Virus record (IMG/VR): IMGVR_UViG_2908764845_000006
Span: 1-64,000 of that record
Source: a virus
Lineage: Duplodnaviria; Caudoviricetes
Length of the DNA stretch: 64,000 nucleotides
Reading direction: 5' to 3' (one strand)
Part shown: positions 9,850-20,249 of the stretch, piece after piece
How the letters are laid out: the number at the start of each line of letters is the position of its first letter
How positions within the stretch are numbered: position 1 is the stretch's first letter
Notes under the pieces: model-generated
The model's database searches: none
Told to the model about the DNA's origin: nothing
Seen by the model: only the letters and a program-made list of their open reading frames with translations
Made by a program: the position numbers and the translations under genes

Positions 9850-11063
9850 CAGGCCCTCCCCGCGCGGTAATCATCGACATGGCGTCGCTCGATCTTGTCG
9901 GCGACGAACCAGACGGCCAGGCCAGCGGCCGCCAGCACGACCAGCACCACGACCGCCGCGCCGATGACGACCCAGCCGGTCTCGGAAATCCCGAGCCCGC
10001 CGACCGCCTCCTTGGCGCTGGAGATCGCGGTCGCCTTCTCGGTGACGAGGCCGAGCGCGCCAGTGACACCCAGACCGGTGCCGCCGCCGAACAGCCGCCC
10101 GCCCCACCCCTTCACCTTGTCGGTGAAGGAGATCGTGTCGGACCCCTGCTCGCGCAGATCGGAGGCCGAGGCGTTCGCCCGCTCCTCGGACACTTCCGGC
10201 GGCGTCGCCTTGGCGAGCGCCGTCAGGAAGTCGTCGTCGATGGTCGGCGTCAGCGGCAGGCCGTTCTTGTTGCGGAAGGCCAGGATCGCGTCCTCGGTCT
10301 TGCCGTGCGGCGTCAGGTTGCCGTCGACGGCACCGACCTGCGGATAACCAAGCTCCCGGAGCTTCTGCTGCACATGGGCCACCGTGTCCGGATCGACGTG
10401 ATCCGGCACGGAGGCCAGCGCGGCGAAGGCCTGCGGATGCGCCGTCTCGAGCCCCCTCTCGAACAGCGCGGCTTCCGCGTCGCGGCGGTCGCGCAGACCG
10501 CGCGAATCCGGCCACAGCCGCTTCATGGAGCGGATCAGCCCCGGGATGCGTTCCAGATTGCCGGACTTCACGCATGAGCGGATGTCCCGCATCTCGGCAA
10601 AGCGCGGGCCCGCGTTGGAGAACGAGGCGCCGCGGTTGAACACGACAGACAGGAGAACGCCCTTGCAGTCGGGCGCGAGCTCGTCGACGCCCGGACAGCC
10701 ATGGCGGAGCATCGCCATGTAGCGCGGCACGTCGTGATTGGAGAACACGTCCTCGGCGACATCCCACGGGATGTCGACCACGGCGCGGAGCTTCTGGGCA
10801 AGTGCCCGGGCAGGAACACCGGTGACGCCGCAGGTCTTGGCGAGCGCCTTGACCATGGCGTCGGGGATCTTGCCGGACCAGTCGGCGATGAACTGAGCGC
10901 GGCTCGTCTGTCCGACATCGTATCCAATGCCGATGGTGACGCCGGACTGCTCGCCCGGCCACTCGGGATGACGATAGCGGTGCTCATAGACCTCGCGGCT
11001 CGAGACTTCCGACTCGACAATAAGGTCGAATGCGGCCTGCGAAATGCCGTGCAAATCGAACAT
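9849..11063 (-). CDS. endolysin: lysozyme-like muramidase + peptidoglycan-binding domain + C-terminal TM
   Basis: SGVTIGIGYD, GLRDRRDAEA, and VQQKLRELGY..G.VDG..T..AI.AF motifs. Confidence 0.85.
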   Translation of the reverse strand: MFDLHGISQAAFDLIVESEVSSREVYEHRYRHPEWPGEQSGVTIGIGYDVGQTSRAQFIADWSGKIPDAMVKALAKTCGVTGVPARALAQKLRAVVDIPWDVAEDVFSNHDVPRYMAMLRHGCPGVDELAPDCKGVLLSVVFNRGASFSNAGPRFAEMRDIRSCVKSGNLERIPGLIRSMKRLWPDSRGLRDRRDAEAALFERGLETAHPQAFAALASVPDHVDPDTVAHVQQKLRELGYPQVGAVDGNLTPHGKTEDAILAFRNKNGLPLTPTIDDDFLTALAKATPPEVSEERANASASDLREQGSDTISFTDKVKGWGGRLFGGGTGLGVTGALGLVTEKATAISSAKEAVGGLGISETGWVVIGAAVVVLVVLAAAGLAVWFVADKIERRHVDDYRAGRA

Positions 11064-11152
11064 GGTTTCTCCGGATTTAAGATTGCGGGAGCCAGAAACG
11101 CGAAGGCCGCCCGAAGGCGGCCCCGCTGGATCGTGGTTGGCGGTAAAGGCCG

Positions 11153-11581
11153 TCAGGCCGTGATGGTGATTCCGAGCGCGGTCGCGATCGCGCTCATGCG
11201 ATCGGCGCCGAGGACTGAGACCAGAGTGGTCCAGCCGGCCTTGAAGCGGTCGTTGGTGGTGTCCATCGGGTCACGCTGCGCGAGCAGCGAGAACCAGAGC
11301 AGCGCAGCCTGCGGGTTGGACGAGATCGCAGTCTGGATCGCTGCGATGTCGGCAGCCGTGAGCTGCGCCAGCAGGTCCTGCGGCGCGACGAGGTAGTTCG
11401 ACGCGAGCTTCGCCTGCTGGTTGGCGTATTCGGCGTTGAAGGCGTCCTCGGTCGGGATCGTCTGGACGGTGTCCATCCAGACGATGTTGGCGTAGCCGTC
11501 GCCCGTGGTGTACCACTGGGCGAACGGCGTGAGCTGCTGCAGCGCGGCGGCGAGGATTTTCTGAGGAGAGATGTTCGTCAT
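11153..11581 (-). CDS. tail fibre assembly/chaperone-like protein
   Basis: Position after the fibre gene; W.D...PT motif. Confidence 0.5.
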   Translation of the reverse strand: MTNISPQKILAAALQQLTPFAQWYTTGDGYANIVWMDTVQTIPTEDAFNAEYANQQAKLASNYLVAPQDLLAQLTAADIAAIQTAISSNPQAALLWFSLLAQRDPMDTTNDRFKAGWTTLVSVLGADRMSAIATALGITITA

Positions 11582-12618
11582 TGCATCACCACTCCCCAGA
11601 TTTGGCCGTTACCCGAGCCGGTGTTTGTCGTGGTGAAGCCGGCTGTCGCGCTCATCCACGCGATCTCTGCGTGGTGCAGCACGAGCTCGGACAGGTCCGT
11701 CGCAATCTGCTGCGAGATCGTCGTGAAAACTTGGCCGACCGTGCCGCTGAAGGCTCCGTTCTCGCCCCACGTCTCGAGACCGCTGTTGTTTGATCCATCA
11801 ACCCACAGCTCAAGCCATGACGTGGTAGCGGTCGTCCCGTTGTCGGCGAGGTCGATCGTCTGGCTGAATCCGAGCTGCACGGCGGTGGCGGCCCAGGTGA
11901 TGAACTGGACGCGCTCCACGCCGCCCCCCATCTCGGTGAATGAGGCAGTCGTCGTGGTGTATTGGCCGCCGGTGAGCTTGAGCAGCGGTCGCGGCCGCTG
12001 ATTGAACCACGACGCGCAGAAGCGCTGGGTTGGCGTGTCAAAAATGGTATTGCCGTTGAGAAGAAAGACCATTCCGACCAAGGAGCGGCTCTCGTCAGCG
12101 ATTTTGACCTCGATACCCAGATTTCCCGGCGCGGCGCTCGAGGTGTGCCCACTCTGCGAGAACTCCAGCGCGATCGCGCCAGTCCCATTGACGAAGGCGT
12201 AGATGTAATAGCATCCCTGCGTCAGACCGGCGGGGACAATGGCAAGCACCCCATTGGCCGGGATCGTGTAGAGCTTGCCGTTGATTTGCAGCGCGTTGCC
12301 CCGGTAGGGGATGAGCTGAACGGTGAACGTATTCGGAGCGATCAGCCGACCGCAGTGAACCGGCTGGGGCCCGACATTGATGTTGAGCAGCGCAGAACCG
12401 TCGACCGCCGGCAGCTTGCCGGAATTGTCGAGCTGAACGACATTGCCCGGCTGGGCGCCGACATCCTCTGCCGCCGCGGTGCCCAGCGTGGGCAGTCCGG
12501 CCAGCGACGAATACTGCGTCGGCGCGGTGGTCACAGGAACGACAATCTGCAGCGCGGGATTGTCCTGACTGACGACGACCGAGGGATCGGCAGTGACGAC
12601 AATCGGAGCTGAACTCAT
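11578..12618 (-). CDS. tail fibre/receptor-binding protein
   Basis: LGTAA..DVG...GNVVQLD..GKLPAVDGS fibre motif. Confidence 0.7.
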   Translation of the reverse strand: MSSAPIVVTADPSVVVSQDNPALQIVVPVTTAPTQYSSLAGLPTLGTAAAEDVGAQPGNVVQLDNSGKLPAVDGSALLNINVGPQPVHCGRLIAPNTFTVQLIPYRGNALQINGKLYTIPANGVLAIVPAGLTQGCYYIYAFVNGTGAIALEFSQSGHTSSAAPGNLGIEVKIADESRSLVGMVFLLNGNTIFDTPTQRFCASWFNQRPRPLLKLTGGQYTTTTASFTEMGGGVERVQFITWAATAVQLGFSQTIDLADNGTTATTSWLELWVDGSNNSGLETWGENGAFSGTVGQVFTTISQQIATDLSELVLHHAEIAWMSATAGFTTTNTGSGNGQIWGVVMQ

Positions 12619-12992
12619 CGGGAGGCACCCATGTTGTTCTGCAGCGTCCCGCTCCAGATCGGGAGCGTGAGCGCTGGCCGGCCGTTCGAGGCCGGCAGAT
12701 TGCAGACGAGCGACTGCTGGAAAAGCCCGACGGGGCTCTTCTGCAGTCGCTCTTTCTTGATAAGGACGGCGAAGATCCCGTTCGGGCCGTCCCAGATCGA
12801 GATCACCCCGGCGTCCGAGGACGTCGAGGTGAGCATGAACAGCGCGGCAGGGTCCTGCATCGTGCGGCGCACGCCCATGATGAACGTGGCGCCGACGATG
12901 GAGATCGGCGTGATGCCGTCTGCTTCAGTGAACTGAAACAGCACATAGAAATCGGCATCGTTGCTGATCGTGATGTTGACGGTTGCGGGCAT
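12615..12992 (-). CDS. fibre adaptor-like virion protein
   Basis: Beta-rich 125-aa ORF between fibre genes. Confidence 0.5.
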   Translation of the reverse strand: MPATVNITISNDADFYVLFQFTEADGITPISIVGATFIMGVRRTMQDPAALFMLTSTSSDAGVISIWDGPNGIFAVLIKKERLQKSPVGLFQQSLVCNLPASNGRPALTLPIWSGTLQNNMGASR

Positions 12993-13006
12993 GTCGCCAC
13001 CTTCCG

Positions 13007-15280
13007 TTAGCTGTACTGGCCGCCAGTGCTCTGAGACCCGGCGATCGAGCCCGGGAAGTAGTTCACGCCCTGGCCCTGCGTGGTGATGGTGCCGTTCATT
13101 GACGCCAGCCACCGCGCGCCCGTGACGTTGCCCGGGTTCAGGTAAGTCGGGACACCGACCCCCGGCACCGAGATGCTGCCGCCGCTGGCTGCAGCGGCCC
13201 AGGCCGTGCACGTCAGCGCGACCGAGGCTGAGAACTGCGCGAATTGCGCAAGGCTAACGAAACCGCCGAACACGGCGTTGAGGGCCTGCGAGAAGTTGCC
13301 CGCATAGGTGTGGCTGCCAACCGAGACGAAGCACGGACCGAAGGCTTCGTGGACGGAGAATTGGACGAAGCCGGAGATCGTGTTCTGCGTAATCAGCTGA
13401 GCGCCGGAGCCCTCCGCGATGAACAGGCTCGGCGGGCCGTTGCCGGTGCCAGTGGTGCCCTTGAGGTTCTGCACCGTCATCTGATTGGGACCATTGACGG
13501 CGAAGGTGTGGGCGTTGTTGGCGCCGGTCACCAGCACGTTGGCCGGGTTGGCCGCGTTGCCGTTGATGATGATCCCCGGCCCGGGGAACGACGGCGTCGA
13601 GACGGCCTCGTTGTAGGTTCCGTCCGCGAGCTGGATCGCGATGCTGAACACGCTGGGCGGGAAGCTCCACGCCTTGTTGACCGCGGTCTGGATCTTCTGC
13701 AGCGGCCCCTTGGTGCCCGAGATGGTCGGCTGCGAGCCGTCGAAGTTGTCGTTGCCGATCGACGAATTGACGAAGATCGTCAGGCTCTGCTGCAGCGGCA
13801 GCAGCTGGTTCACGATCTGCCAATTGGTGCCGTCGTAGAGCATCCACAACATCTCGCCGATGCGAGCCGCGCCGAAGCCGAGCGGTTGACCGGCAAGGCT
13901 TAGAACCGGGATGATGCTGCCGCCGCTGATCTGCAGGGTGGTCGGACCGGTGATCGGGTTCGCCAGCTTGACGATGATCGCAGCCCCCGCCGAGAGCGAG
14001 GCGATCGCCGGCGACGGCGTGACGGTGATGACGTTCGAGCTGGTCGAGGTGTCGGTGCCGTAGGGAATGTTGACGTTGTTGATCGTCGTCGTCCCGCCGC
14101 CACCGCCGGTGCCCTGATAGTTCTGGATCTGCCAGTGCGCGCCGTCATAGACGAGCCCCATCACCCCGGCGAACGCAATGTCGCCGAGTGAAGGCGTGAG
14201 ACCATTGGCGCGCACGATCGTGACCGCGCCTAGCCCATTCAAATTCAGGGTGCAGGCGCCGGTGTTGATGGTGTTCGCCATAATGCGAACTTCCATGCCC
14301 GGGACCAGAGCCGTGGGCGCGGGAGATACGGAAGCCACCATCGCGTTGTTCGAGAACACGATCTGGTCGCTGATATTGACGGTCGCGTTGACGTTGGCGG
14401 AGATCGTGACGGTGGTCGAGGTCTTGGACAGCACCGTCTGGCCGCCGTTGATGGAGGCCGGATTGGTCTGGTTGGCGACCTTCATGCCGGGCGCGACCCA
14501 GGACGGCACGTTGGTGAAGGTCAGCACCGCGCTCGAGGTCGCGGTGGTCGCGAATGCGGCCAACGACGGGCCGCCCGGCGCAGTGTCGACGCCGTAGAGC
14601 CACTTGCCGGACTGCACGCCCGCCGGAACGTCGGGCAGCTTGGTCGAGATGAACGGCGCCGAGGCCAGCGTCACGATGTTGGCCGAGGTGATCTGCGTCG
14701 CACCGTTGGCAACCGTGATCGCGTAGAGGGCCGTAAAGCCGACATCCGGTGCCGGCGCGACCTGCGTGCCCGTGGTGGCGGGCACGCCGGCCTTCAGCGC
14801 GACCGCGCACTTCACCTGACGGATGGTGAAGTTGCTGGTGCCAGCGTTAGCGGGGCCCGAACACGGCGCCGAGGGGGTCGCGGCGTTGAAGTAGCTCAGA
14901 ACCTGCGCGCCGGCGTCGACGTCCTGTAGGACCGCCTGCACGAGATAGACCTGGCTGAAGCCGGAGGTCGACGGCGGCGTGATCGTCAGCTCCTGCGCCG
15001 ACTGCAGGATGCCCTGCTTGTAGATCGTGGTGTTGTCCACGCCGAGGTCGCCATAGGCGCTGGCGTCGGTCAGGTCCTGCGCATAGATCGAGCCGACGCC
15101 GACCGAGACGTGGAGGTCCGGAGTGGGCGACGTCGGCAGGCAGACCAGTCCATCGACATAGGTGTTGGTGCCGAGGATGGCTCGCATGCCATAGGCCAGC
15201 GCCTGCATCATGAACTTGTTGGTGTTCAGAATGTCGACGGTCTGCGGCAGAGCGCCGGTGTAGACGAGAGCTCGATCCAT
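13007..15280 (-). CDS. baseplate-attached tail fibre protein
   Basis: Follows the wedge genes; two internal repeats ending YDG..WQI. Confidence 0.75.
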   Translation of the reverse strand: MDRALVYTGALPQTVDILNTNKFMMQALAYGMRAILGTNTYVDGLVCLPTSPTPDLHVSVGVGSIYAQDLTDASAYGDLGVDNTTIYKQGILQSAQELTITPPSTSGFSQVYLVQAVLQDVDAGAQVLSYFNAATPSAPCSGPANAGTSNFTIRQVKCAVALKAGVPATTGTQVAPAPDVGFTALYAITVANGATQITSANIVTLASAPFISTKLPDVPAGVQSGKWLYGVDTAPGGPSLAAFATTATSSAVLTFTNVPSWVAPGMKVANQTNPASINGGQTVLSKTSTTVTISANVNATVNISDQIVFSNNAMVASVSPAPTALVPGMEVRIMANTINTGACTLNLNGLGAVTIVRANGLTPSLGDIAFAGVMGLVYDGAHWQIQNYQGTGGGGGTTTINNVNIPYGTDTSTSSNVITVTPSPAIASLSAGAAIIVKLANPITGPTTLQISGGSIIPVLSLAGQPLGFGAARIGEMLWMLYDGTNWQIVNQLLPLQQSLTIFVNSSIGNDNFDGSQPTISGTKGPLQKIQTAVNKAWSFPPSVFSIAIQLADGTYNEAVSTPSFPGPGIIINGNAANPANVLVTGANNAHTFAVNGPNQMTVQNLKGTTGTGNGPPSLFIAEGSGAQLITQNTISGFVQFSVHEAFGPCFVSVGSHTYAGNFSQALNAVFGGFVSLAQFAQFSASVALTCTAWAAAASGGSISVPGVGVPTYLNPGNVTGARWLASMNGTITTQGQGVNYFPGSIAGSQSTGGQYS

Positions 15281-15376
15281 GTGCGCAAAGGTCCTTGGTT
15301 GCGCCCGCGCTGCTCGCGCTGGCGACATTCGGAAATGTCTGGGGTGTGGTGGGGTGAAGCCGCGCTGAGCGCGGCG

Positions 15377-16051
15377 TCAGAGAATCTGCAGCCAGACCGT
15401 CACGCCGGTCGGCTTGGTGAAGGTGATGAGCTTCTCGATCTGCTGATCGGTCACGCCCATGAGCCGGGTTGCATTGCCGACGAGCTCGACTGAGCCGAAG
15501 CCGTAGCCGCCGGTGTATCCGCCGTAGCCGTCAGCGTTCGGGACGCCGGAGTTGGCGCCGCGCAGCACCTTCATGAACAGCTGCCCCGGCAGGTTCATGT
15601 TGCCGTAGCCGCCCTGCCCGACGCCGTATCCCATCTGGCCGTAGGCCTGCGCCGAGCTGGAATAGGCGCCGGTGTCGAAGGTGTTCCACGGCTCGAAAAT
15701 CCACGGCCTGGACCCGGTTAGGATCACGACCGAGTCCGACATGCCCTTGCGCGTGACGCGCTCCGTGAAGATCGTGGCGTCGATCAGCGCGCGGAACACC
15801 TCGTCGGACGCTGATCCGCGCGTCAGGTGCCGCTGCAGGAAGTCGTAGCAGAGCACGTCGAGCCAGATGCCGGTCGCCGTCGCGAGCCGCGTCTGCTTCC
15901 GCGCATACGTGGTCCAGTCGAAGCACCACGCCGCGAGATCGGAAAGGCCGCCGAGAATGGTGTCGCGCAGCGGTGCGCCCCACTGCCACCACCTGCGCGG
16001 CAGCAGCCTCCGGACGCGCCGGAGGATGTCGTCACTGTCACCGGTTGCCAT
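15377..16051 (-). CDS. baseplate wedge protein (gpI-like)
   Basis: ATGIWLD motif and KPTGV C-terminus; follows gpJ. Confidence 0.75.
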   Translation of the reverse strand: MATGDSDDILRRVRRLLPRRWWQWGAPLRDTILGGLSDLAAWCFDWTTYARKQTRLATATGIWLDVLCYDFLQRHLTRGSASDEVFRALIDATIFTERVTRKGMSDSVVILTGSRPWIFEPWNTFDTGAYSSSAQAYGQMGYGVGQGGYGNMNLPGQLFMKVLRGANSGVPNADGYGGYTGGYGFGSVELVGNATRLMGVTDQQIEKLITFTKPTGVTVWLQIL

Positions 16052-16058
16052 CTTCTGG

Positions 16059-17258
16059 TCAGCTCACAATCACTTCGTTGGCCTTGATCGTTCCGATCAC
16101 ATAGGTGAGCGTCAGGTCGTCGGTGACGGCAGTCGGCGAGAGCGAGGCGCCGTCGCCGTAGAGACCGTTCAGCAGAACGTCGGCAACCGACGTCACGCCG
16201 GGCACCGAGTAGGCCCACGATGCGATGATCGACCACGGCAACGGATTTCCGAGGCCAAGCTGGTTGATGTTGGTGCCGACTACGGCGGCGACCTGGGCGG
16301 CAACGGTGTTGTGGTCGAAACCGTCGGCGGTGCCGATCTGCATCGAGACGGTGGCGAGGGTGATCTGCGGGCCGAACACGCCGCACATGATGCCGAGCGG
16401 CCGCACCGCCTGCGCCGCCAGCGTCACCGTGGTCAGGAAGGCGTTGGTCGGGTTGCCGCTACCATCGTCGGCGACGACGAAGAAGTACCCGGGGTGGTAG
16501 CTGCCATCGAGGTTATAGCCCTCGGTGACTGCGTACTGGACATTGACGCCAGAGCCCTCGATCGAGGCGTTGAGGCCAAAGAGGTCGCCGCGCGCGAGGC
16601 CCAAGATGAAGTCCGAGAACCGCTTCTTGAGCTGGCTGTCGAGCTCCTGATCGACGCCGTTGATGAAGTCGGCGACGTTGATCACCGTGTCGATGCCGGT
16701 GATCGGCGACGTCATGACGGTGATGCTGCCCGCCTTCACGTTGCCCGACGCCCCCGCCACGACGGCCTGCACCGGCACGATCATGGAGGCGAGATTGGCC
16801 GGCAGCGTGTAGCCGTTGAGCACCGGGTCGAAATACGCGAACATCACGTCCGCGGTGACCGTGAACTGCGTCTGCGCGCTGTCGTTGGTCCGTACGGTCG
16901 CGCCGACCGGAACAAAGCAGGTCGATGGCGCGGCCGTGAAGCGCGCGAAGGTCACCTGCCCGGACGCCGCCTGCGCCCCGAGGCGCGGCGACGGCACGCC
17001 GTTCGAGATGCCCACCGTCGGCATGTAGTCGGCCGTGAAGGTGTCGACGTCGACGTTGCTCGAAGTCGACAGGCGCGAAGCCTTCAGGACCTCCAGCGCC
17101 AGCGCCTGAAACCACAGGAAGGTGCCCGCGAAGCCCTCGGCGACGGCGCGGAACGTCGAGCCCTGCGAGAAGTTGAGCAGCTTGCTGGCCCGACCCTGGA
17201 TGCCGGAGACCGTGTCGGTGACGATCTGGTTGAAGCTCTTGGTAGGAAGCGTAGCCAT
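16059..17258 (-). CDS. baseplate J-like protein
   Basis: A.GQVTF, G.SGNV.AG.IT and G.DQE.D..L..RF motifs. Confidence 0.88.
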   Translation of the reverse strand: MATLPTKSFNQIVTDTVSGIQGRASKLLNFSQGSTFRAVAEGFAGTFLWFQALALEVLKASRLSTSSNVDVDTFTADYMPTVGISNGVPSPRLGAQAASGQVTFARFTAAPSTCFVPVGATVRTNDSAQTQFTVTADVMFAYFDPVLNGYTLPANLASMIVPVQAVVAGASGNVKAGSITVMTSPITGIDTVINVADFINGVDQELDSQLKKRFSDFILGLARGDLFGLNASIEGSGVNVQYAVTEGYNLDGSYHPGYFFVVADDGSGNPTNAFLTTVTLAAQAVRPLGIMCGVFGPQITLATVSMQIGTADGFDHNTVAAQVAAVVGTNINQLGLGNPLPWSIIASWAYSVPGVTSVADVLLNGLYGDGASLSPTAVTDDLTLTYVIGTIKANEVIVS

Positions 17259-17265
17259 TCAGACC

Positions 17266-17634
17266 TCACGCCGTGATCGTGAAAGAGACGGAGGCGCCGG
17301 TCCTGGCGTCCGTGAATTGGATGTCGATCGAGATGAGCCCCGGATCGGTGAGCGACCGGGTCACGTTCAGCCGTGCGGGCGGGTTCGGAGCGACGGACGC
17401 TTCGAGCGCGAGCTGTGCTGCGCACACCGCCTTGATTTGCGGGACCGAGAGCGTCGAGCCGATCTTCTGCGGCAGGCCCGCGCCATAGTCGGGGTGCCAG
17501 ACGTAGCCCTTCACGGCCGTGAACAGCCGACGCTCCAGCCGCTGGCGGACCTCGTCGTCGCCGTCCACGACCAGCAGGTCGCCCGTAGCATCGAGCGTGA
17601 AATCCTCGTGCCACTCCAGCGAGACGTCTGCCAT
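17266..17634 (-). CDS. baseplate protein (gp25/gpW-like)
   Basis: GDL..V.G...RQRL..RL.T..G..WHPDYG motif. Confidence 0.8.
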   Translation of the reverse strand: MADVSLEWHEDFTLDATGDLLVVDGDDEVRQRLERRLFTAVKGYVWHPDYGAGLPQKIGSTLSVPQIKAVCAAQLALEASVAPNPPARLNVTRSLTDPGLISIDIQFTDARTGASVSFTITA

Positions 17635-17635
17635 G

Positions 17636-18238
17636 TCACCATCCAATTGTTGCGTCATAGGCGATGAGCGCGGTCATCGTGGTGAGCGCGTTCAGGTCCG
17701 CCTTCTTCTGTGCGTAAATCTGCAGGACCTTGAGGTCGTGCCCGTTGAACGCGCTCGCGACGTTCTGCAGATCGGACGACGTCAGCGTGATCGGAGCGGT
17801 CAAACCCATCGGGATGAGCTGGACTGACGATAGGCCGGTGACCGACGCGAAATAGCGCGACACGGCGAGATCGGAGGGGTCGAACGCGAAGGCCCCGCTC
17901 GAGATCGACACTGTGAACGGCATCTGGCGGTTGATGCCGTAGAACACGTCGAGCACGGCGAGCTTGATCGCGAGGGCCTGCGTCATGGTCAGCGCCGGCG
18001 TTGCTGCCGCGCTCGCCGCCATCCACTGGTTGAGGTACCCCAGATAAGGCGTCGGATCGTCGAACCGCTCGGGGATCGCGAGGCGGTCGTTGTAGTGGAC
18101 CTCGCCGCCCTTCGTCACGTCATACGACACGAAGTCGATATTGGACGGCAGGCGATTGATGATCGTGGCCGGCACGGTGAATACGCGCATCACCGAGTCG
18201 GCCGTGTTGATCGTGAACTTGAGATTGAGGCTCGACAT
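17636..18238 (-). CDS. hypothetical virion-associated protein
   Basis: Coupled ORF (MSSLNLKF...) between the spike and gp25-like genes. Confidence 0.6.
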   Translation of the reverse strand: MSSLNLKFTINTADSVMRVFTVPATIINRLPSNIDFVSYDVTKGGEVHYNDRLAIPERFDDPTPYLGYLNQWMAASAAATPALTMTQALAIKLAVLDVFYGINRQMPFTVSISSGAFAFDPSDLAVSRYFASVTGLSSVQLIPMGLTAPITLTSSDLQNVASAFNGHDLKVLQIYAQKKADLNALTTMTALIAYDATIGW

Positions 18239-18999
18239 CAGGCAGGCACCGTGAAGGGCGGGATGGTGGGCTGGCTGCTCGGCGGGGAGACCGAGCTGTC
18301 GCTGACGCTGCCGCCGCCCTGCGCGGTGACGCCCCCGGGGGCATCGAGACCGACGGAGCCGGAGGCCTGCACTTCGATGTTGCCGCCAGCGCCGACGCCG
18401 GCGTCGCCGCCCGCCTTGGCGATGAAGTTCTTCTGCGGCAGCAGCTTCACGTTGGCGCTCGCATCGACCTCGAGGTCCTTGCAGGCGATCTTGATGTTGC
18501 CGTTGCCGTCGAGCGTGATGGTTGCCCCGTTGCCATCGGTCAGGACGGCCGAGCCGTCCTTCTTGAAGTAGATCATCTGGCCTTTGCCGGCCTGCGCCCC
18601 GTCGGCGCTCTCGGCGCCGCCGTCCGACTTCTGGAAGCGGGTCCAGATCACCATCTCGCCGGATTGAACCTCCGGCGGCTTCTGGTCGTCGGAGTGCACG
18701 CGCTGGACGATCTTGCCGCCTTCGAAGTCGCCTTCCTGATAGCGGACGACGACCTGATCGCCGGTGGTCTTGCCGTCCCCGGGCTGGAGACCGACGGCGA
18801 TGCCGTAGCCGTCGCCGATGTGGCCGGTCTCGATCGGCAGCCAGCCACTCTCCTGCCCTTCGGGCATGAACGTGACTTTGGCGAGGTGCTTCTTCGGGTC
18901 GTAGCTGGTGACGAGGCCGTGCCGCTCGGTGTAGCGGCTCGCGCTCCAACGTTCGACGACGCCGAGAATGACGCGCTCGAGGTCGCCGTCTCCCATCAT
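18238..18999 (-). CDS. baseplate central spike (gpV-like)
   Basis: G.VTSYDP, ESGWLP and GDQV OB-fold motifs plus beta-helix. Confidence 0.85.
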   Translation of the reverse strand: MMGDGDLERVILGVVERWSASRYTERHGLVTSYDPKKHLAKVTFMPEGQESGWLPIETGHIGDGYGIAVGLQPGDGKTTGDQVVVRYQEGDFEGGKIVQRVHSDDQKPPEVQSGEMVIWTRFQKSDGGAESADGAQAGKGQMIYFKKDGSAVLTDGNGATITLDGNGNIKIACKDLEVDASANVKLLPQKNFIAKAGGDAGVGAGGNIEVQASGSVGLDAPGGVTAQGGGSVSDSSVSPPSSQPTIPPFTVPA

Positions 19000-20021
19000 G
19001 TTGCTGATCGTCCTGATTTGGCGGAGCGCGCCGTGATGTGGCTGGTGTGACCCGACATGCCGAACTCATGGACGACGGTGTCGATGTCGAAGGTCTGGTC
19101 GTAGTAGCGGGTGCCCTGAAGCGAGAGACCCATGCCGGCGGCGACCGATGGGTCGCCGACCACGGTGGCCCGCACCTTGAGTTCGTGGCGCGCCTTCTCG
19201 TTGGCTTGCGCCTTGGCGTGCGCCTCGACCTGATCCTGCTTTAGCGTCGGCGCGTGGTATCCGTAGCGCTTGGTCCCGCCGAAGCCGGGGATGACAGTGG
19301 TGTGCTGGTGGACCTTCTTGTCCCTTGGGTGCCAGGCCTTGAAGTCAACCTCGATGGTCTTGCCGGCTTGCTTGTTGTGGGTCACGCGCAGATGCAGGCA
19401 GTCTGACCTCACCGGCATCGAGCTCTGATCGACGTAGATCGAATAGGTGCCGGTCGGGCTGTTGAACTTCGCGTAGTGAAACACGCCCTGCGCGTCGACC
19501 CACCACCGCGCGCCGTCGCGCTCGGCGAGCTTGTGGATGACATAGGCGTAGCTGACGTTGTCGGAGAGCTTGACGAAGTCCTGCTCGAGGATCTTGCCCG
19601 CCATGTTCTGCATGTCGTCGAACTTGCCGACCATGCCGATGCGGCCGATCAAGTCCCTCACGACATCAGTGGTCGATTTGTTGACCCACTTCTCGCTCGA
19701 CTTGTTTTCGTGCAGTCCGGCCGACTTGTCGCGACCGGTGACGGTGATCTTCCGGCCGATGTAGTCGAAGTCGACGTCGTTGATGGTTCCGGTAATCAGC
19801 GTGCTGGTCGCGCCCCGCGTCATCACCTCGATGGTGACCTCGTCGTCTCCTCCGATCTGGGCCAGCGCGTCATAGGCGCCCTTCTCGCTGATCGGGATCG
19901 TGCAGTGGAAGGTGGAGCTCTTGCGCTGCGCGCTCTGCTGCACCTGCCCGCGCTCGATGAGAAAGCGGCCACCGGCATTCAGCCATGCCGAATGCTTTCC
20001 GACGCCAGACGTGATCGCCAT
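18996..20021 (-). CDS. baseplate hub (gpD/late control D-like)
   Basis: TGRD motif and typical C-terminal segment; synteny. Confidence 0.78.
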   Translation of the reverse strand: MAITSGVGKHSAWLNAGGRFLIERGQVQQSAQRKSSTFHCTIPISEKGAYDALAQIGGDDEVTIEVMTRGATSTLITGTINDVDFDYIGRKITVTGRDKSAGLHENKSSEKWVNKSTTDVVRDLIGRIGMVGKFDDMQNMAGKILEQDFVKLSDNVSYAYVIHKLAERDGARWWVDAQGVFHYAKFNSPTGTYSIYVDQSSMPVRSDCLHLRVTHNKQAGKTIEVDFKAWHPRDKKVHQHTTVIPGFGGTKRYGYHAPTLKQDQVEAHAKAQANEKARHELKVRATVVGDPSVAAGMGLSLQGTRYYDQTFDIDTVVHEFGMSGHTSHITARSAKSGRSAT

Positions 20022-20027
20022 GAATGA

Positions 20028-20249
20028 TTACAGCCCGAGGATGCCGGTCTGGACGCCTTGCGGCAGCACCGGAGGAATTTTGAGGTCGACCTGGCCGTCG
20101 ATCCACGGATCGGTCAGCCCGTTGAGGGCTGCGATGGCGACCCACTGCAGCGGGTCGCCGGTCTCCTGCATGGCGACCTCGAACAGGGTCGTGCCGGAGA
20201 TGCGGACGATCTTGGCCGGGATCGTCGCCGCGATGTAGCCGGTGCTCAT
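20028..20249 (-). CDS. LysM/gpX-like tail protein
   Basis: TLFEVA...GD..QW..IA.LN.L.DP motif. Confidence 0.8.
   Translation of the reverse strand: MSTGYIAATIPAKIVRISGTTLFEVAMQETGDPLQWVAIAALNGLTDPWIDGQVDLKIPPVLPQGVQTGILGL

Noticed and set aside
11578-15280. Diversity-generating retroelement or invertible fibre cassette
   Set aside because: No reverse transcriptase, invertase or template/variable repeat pair seen
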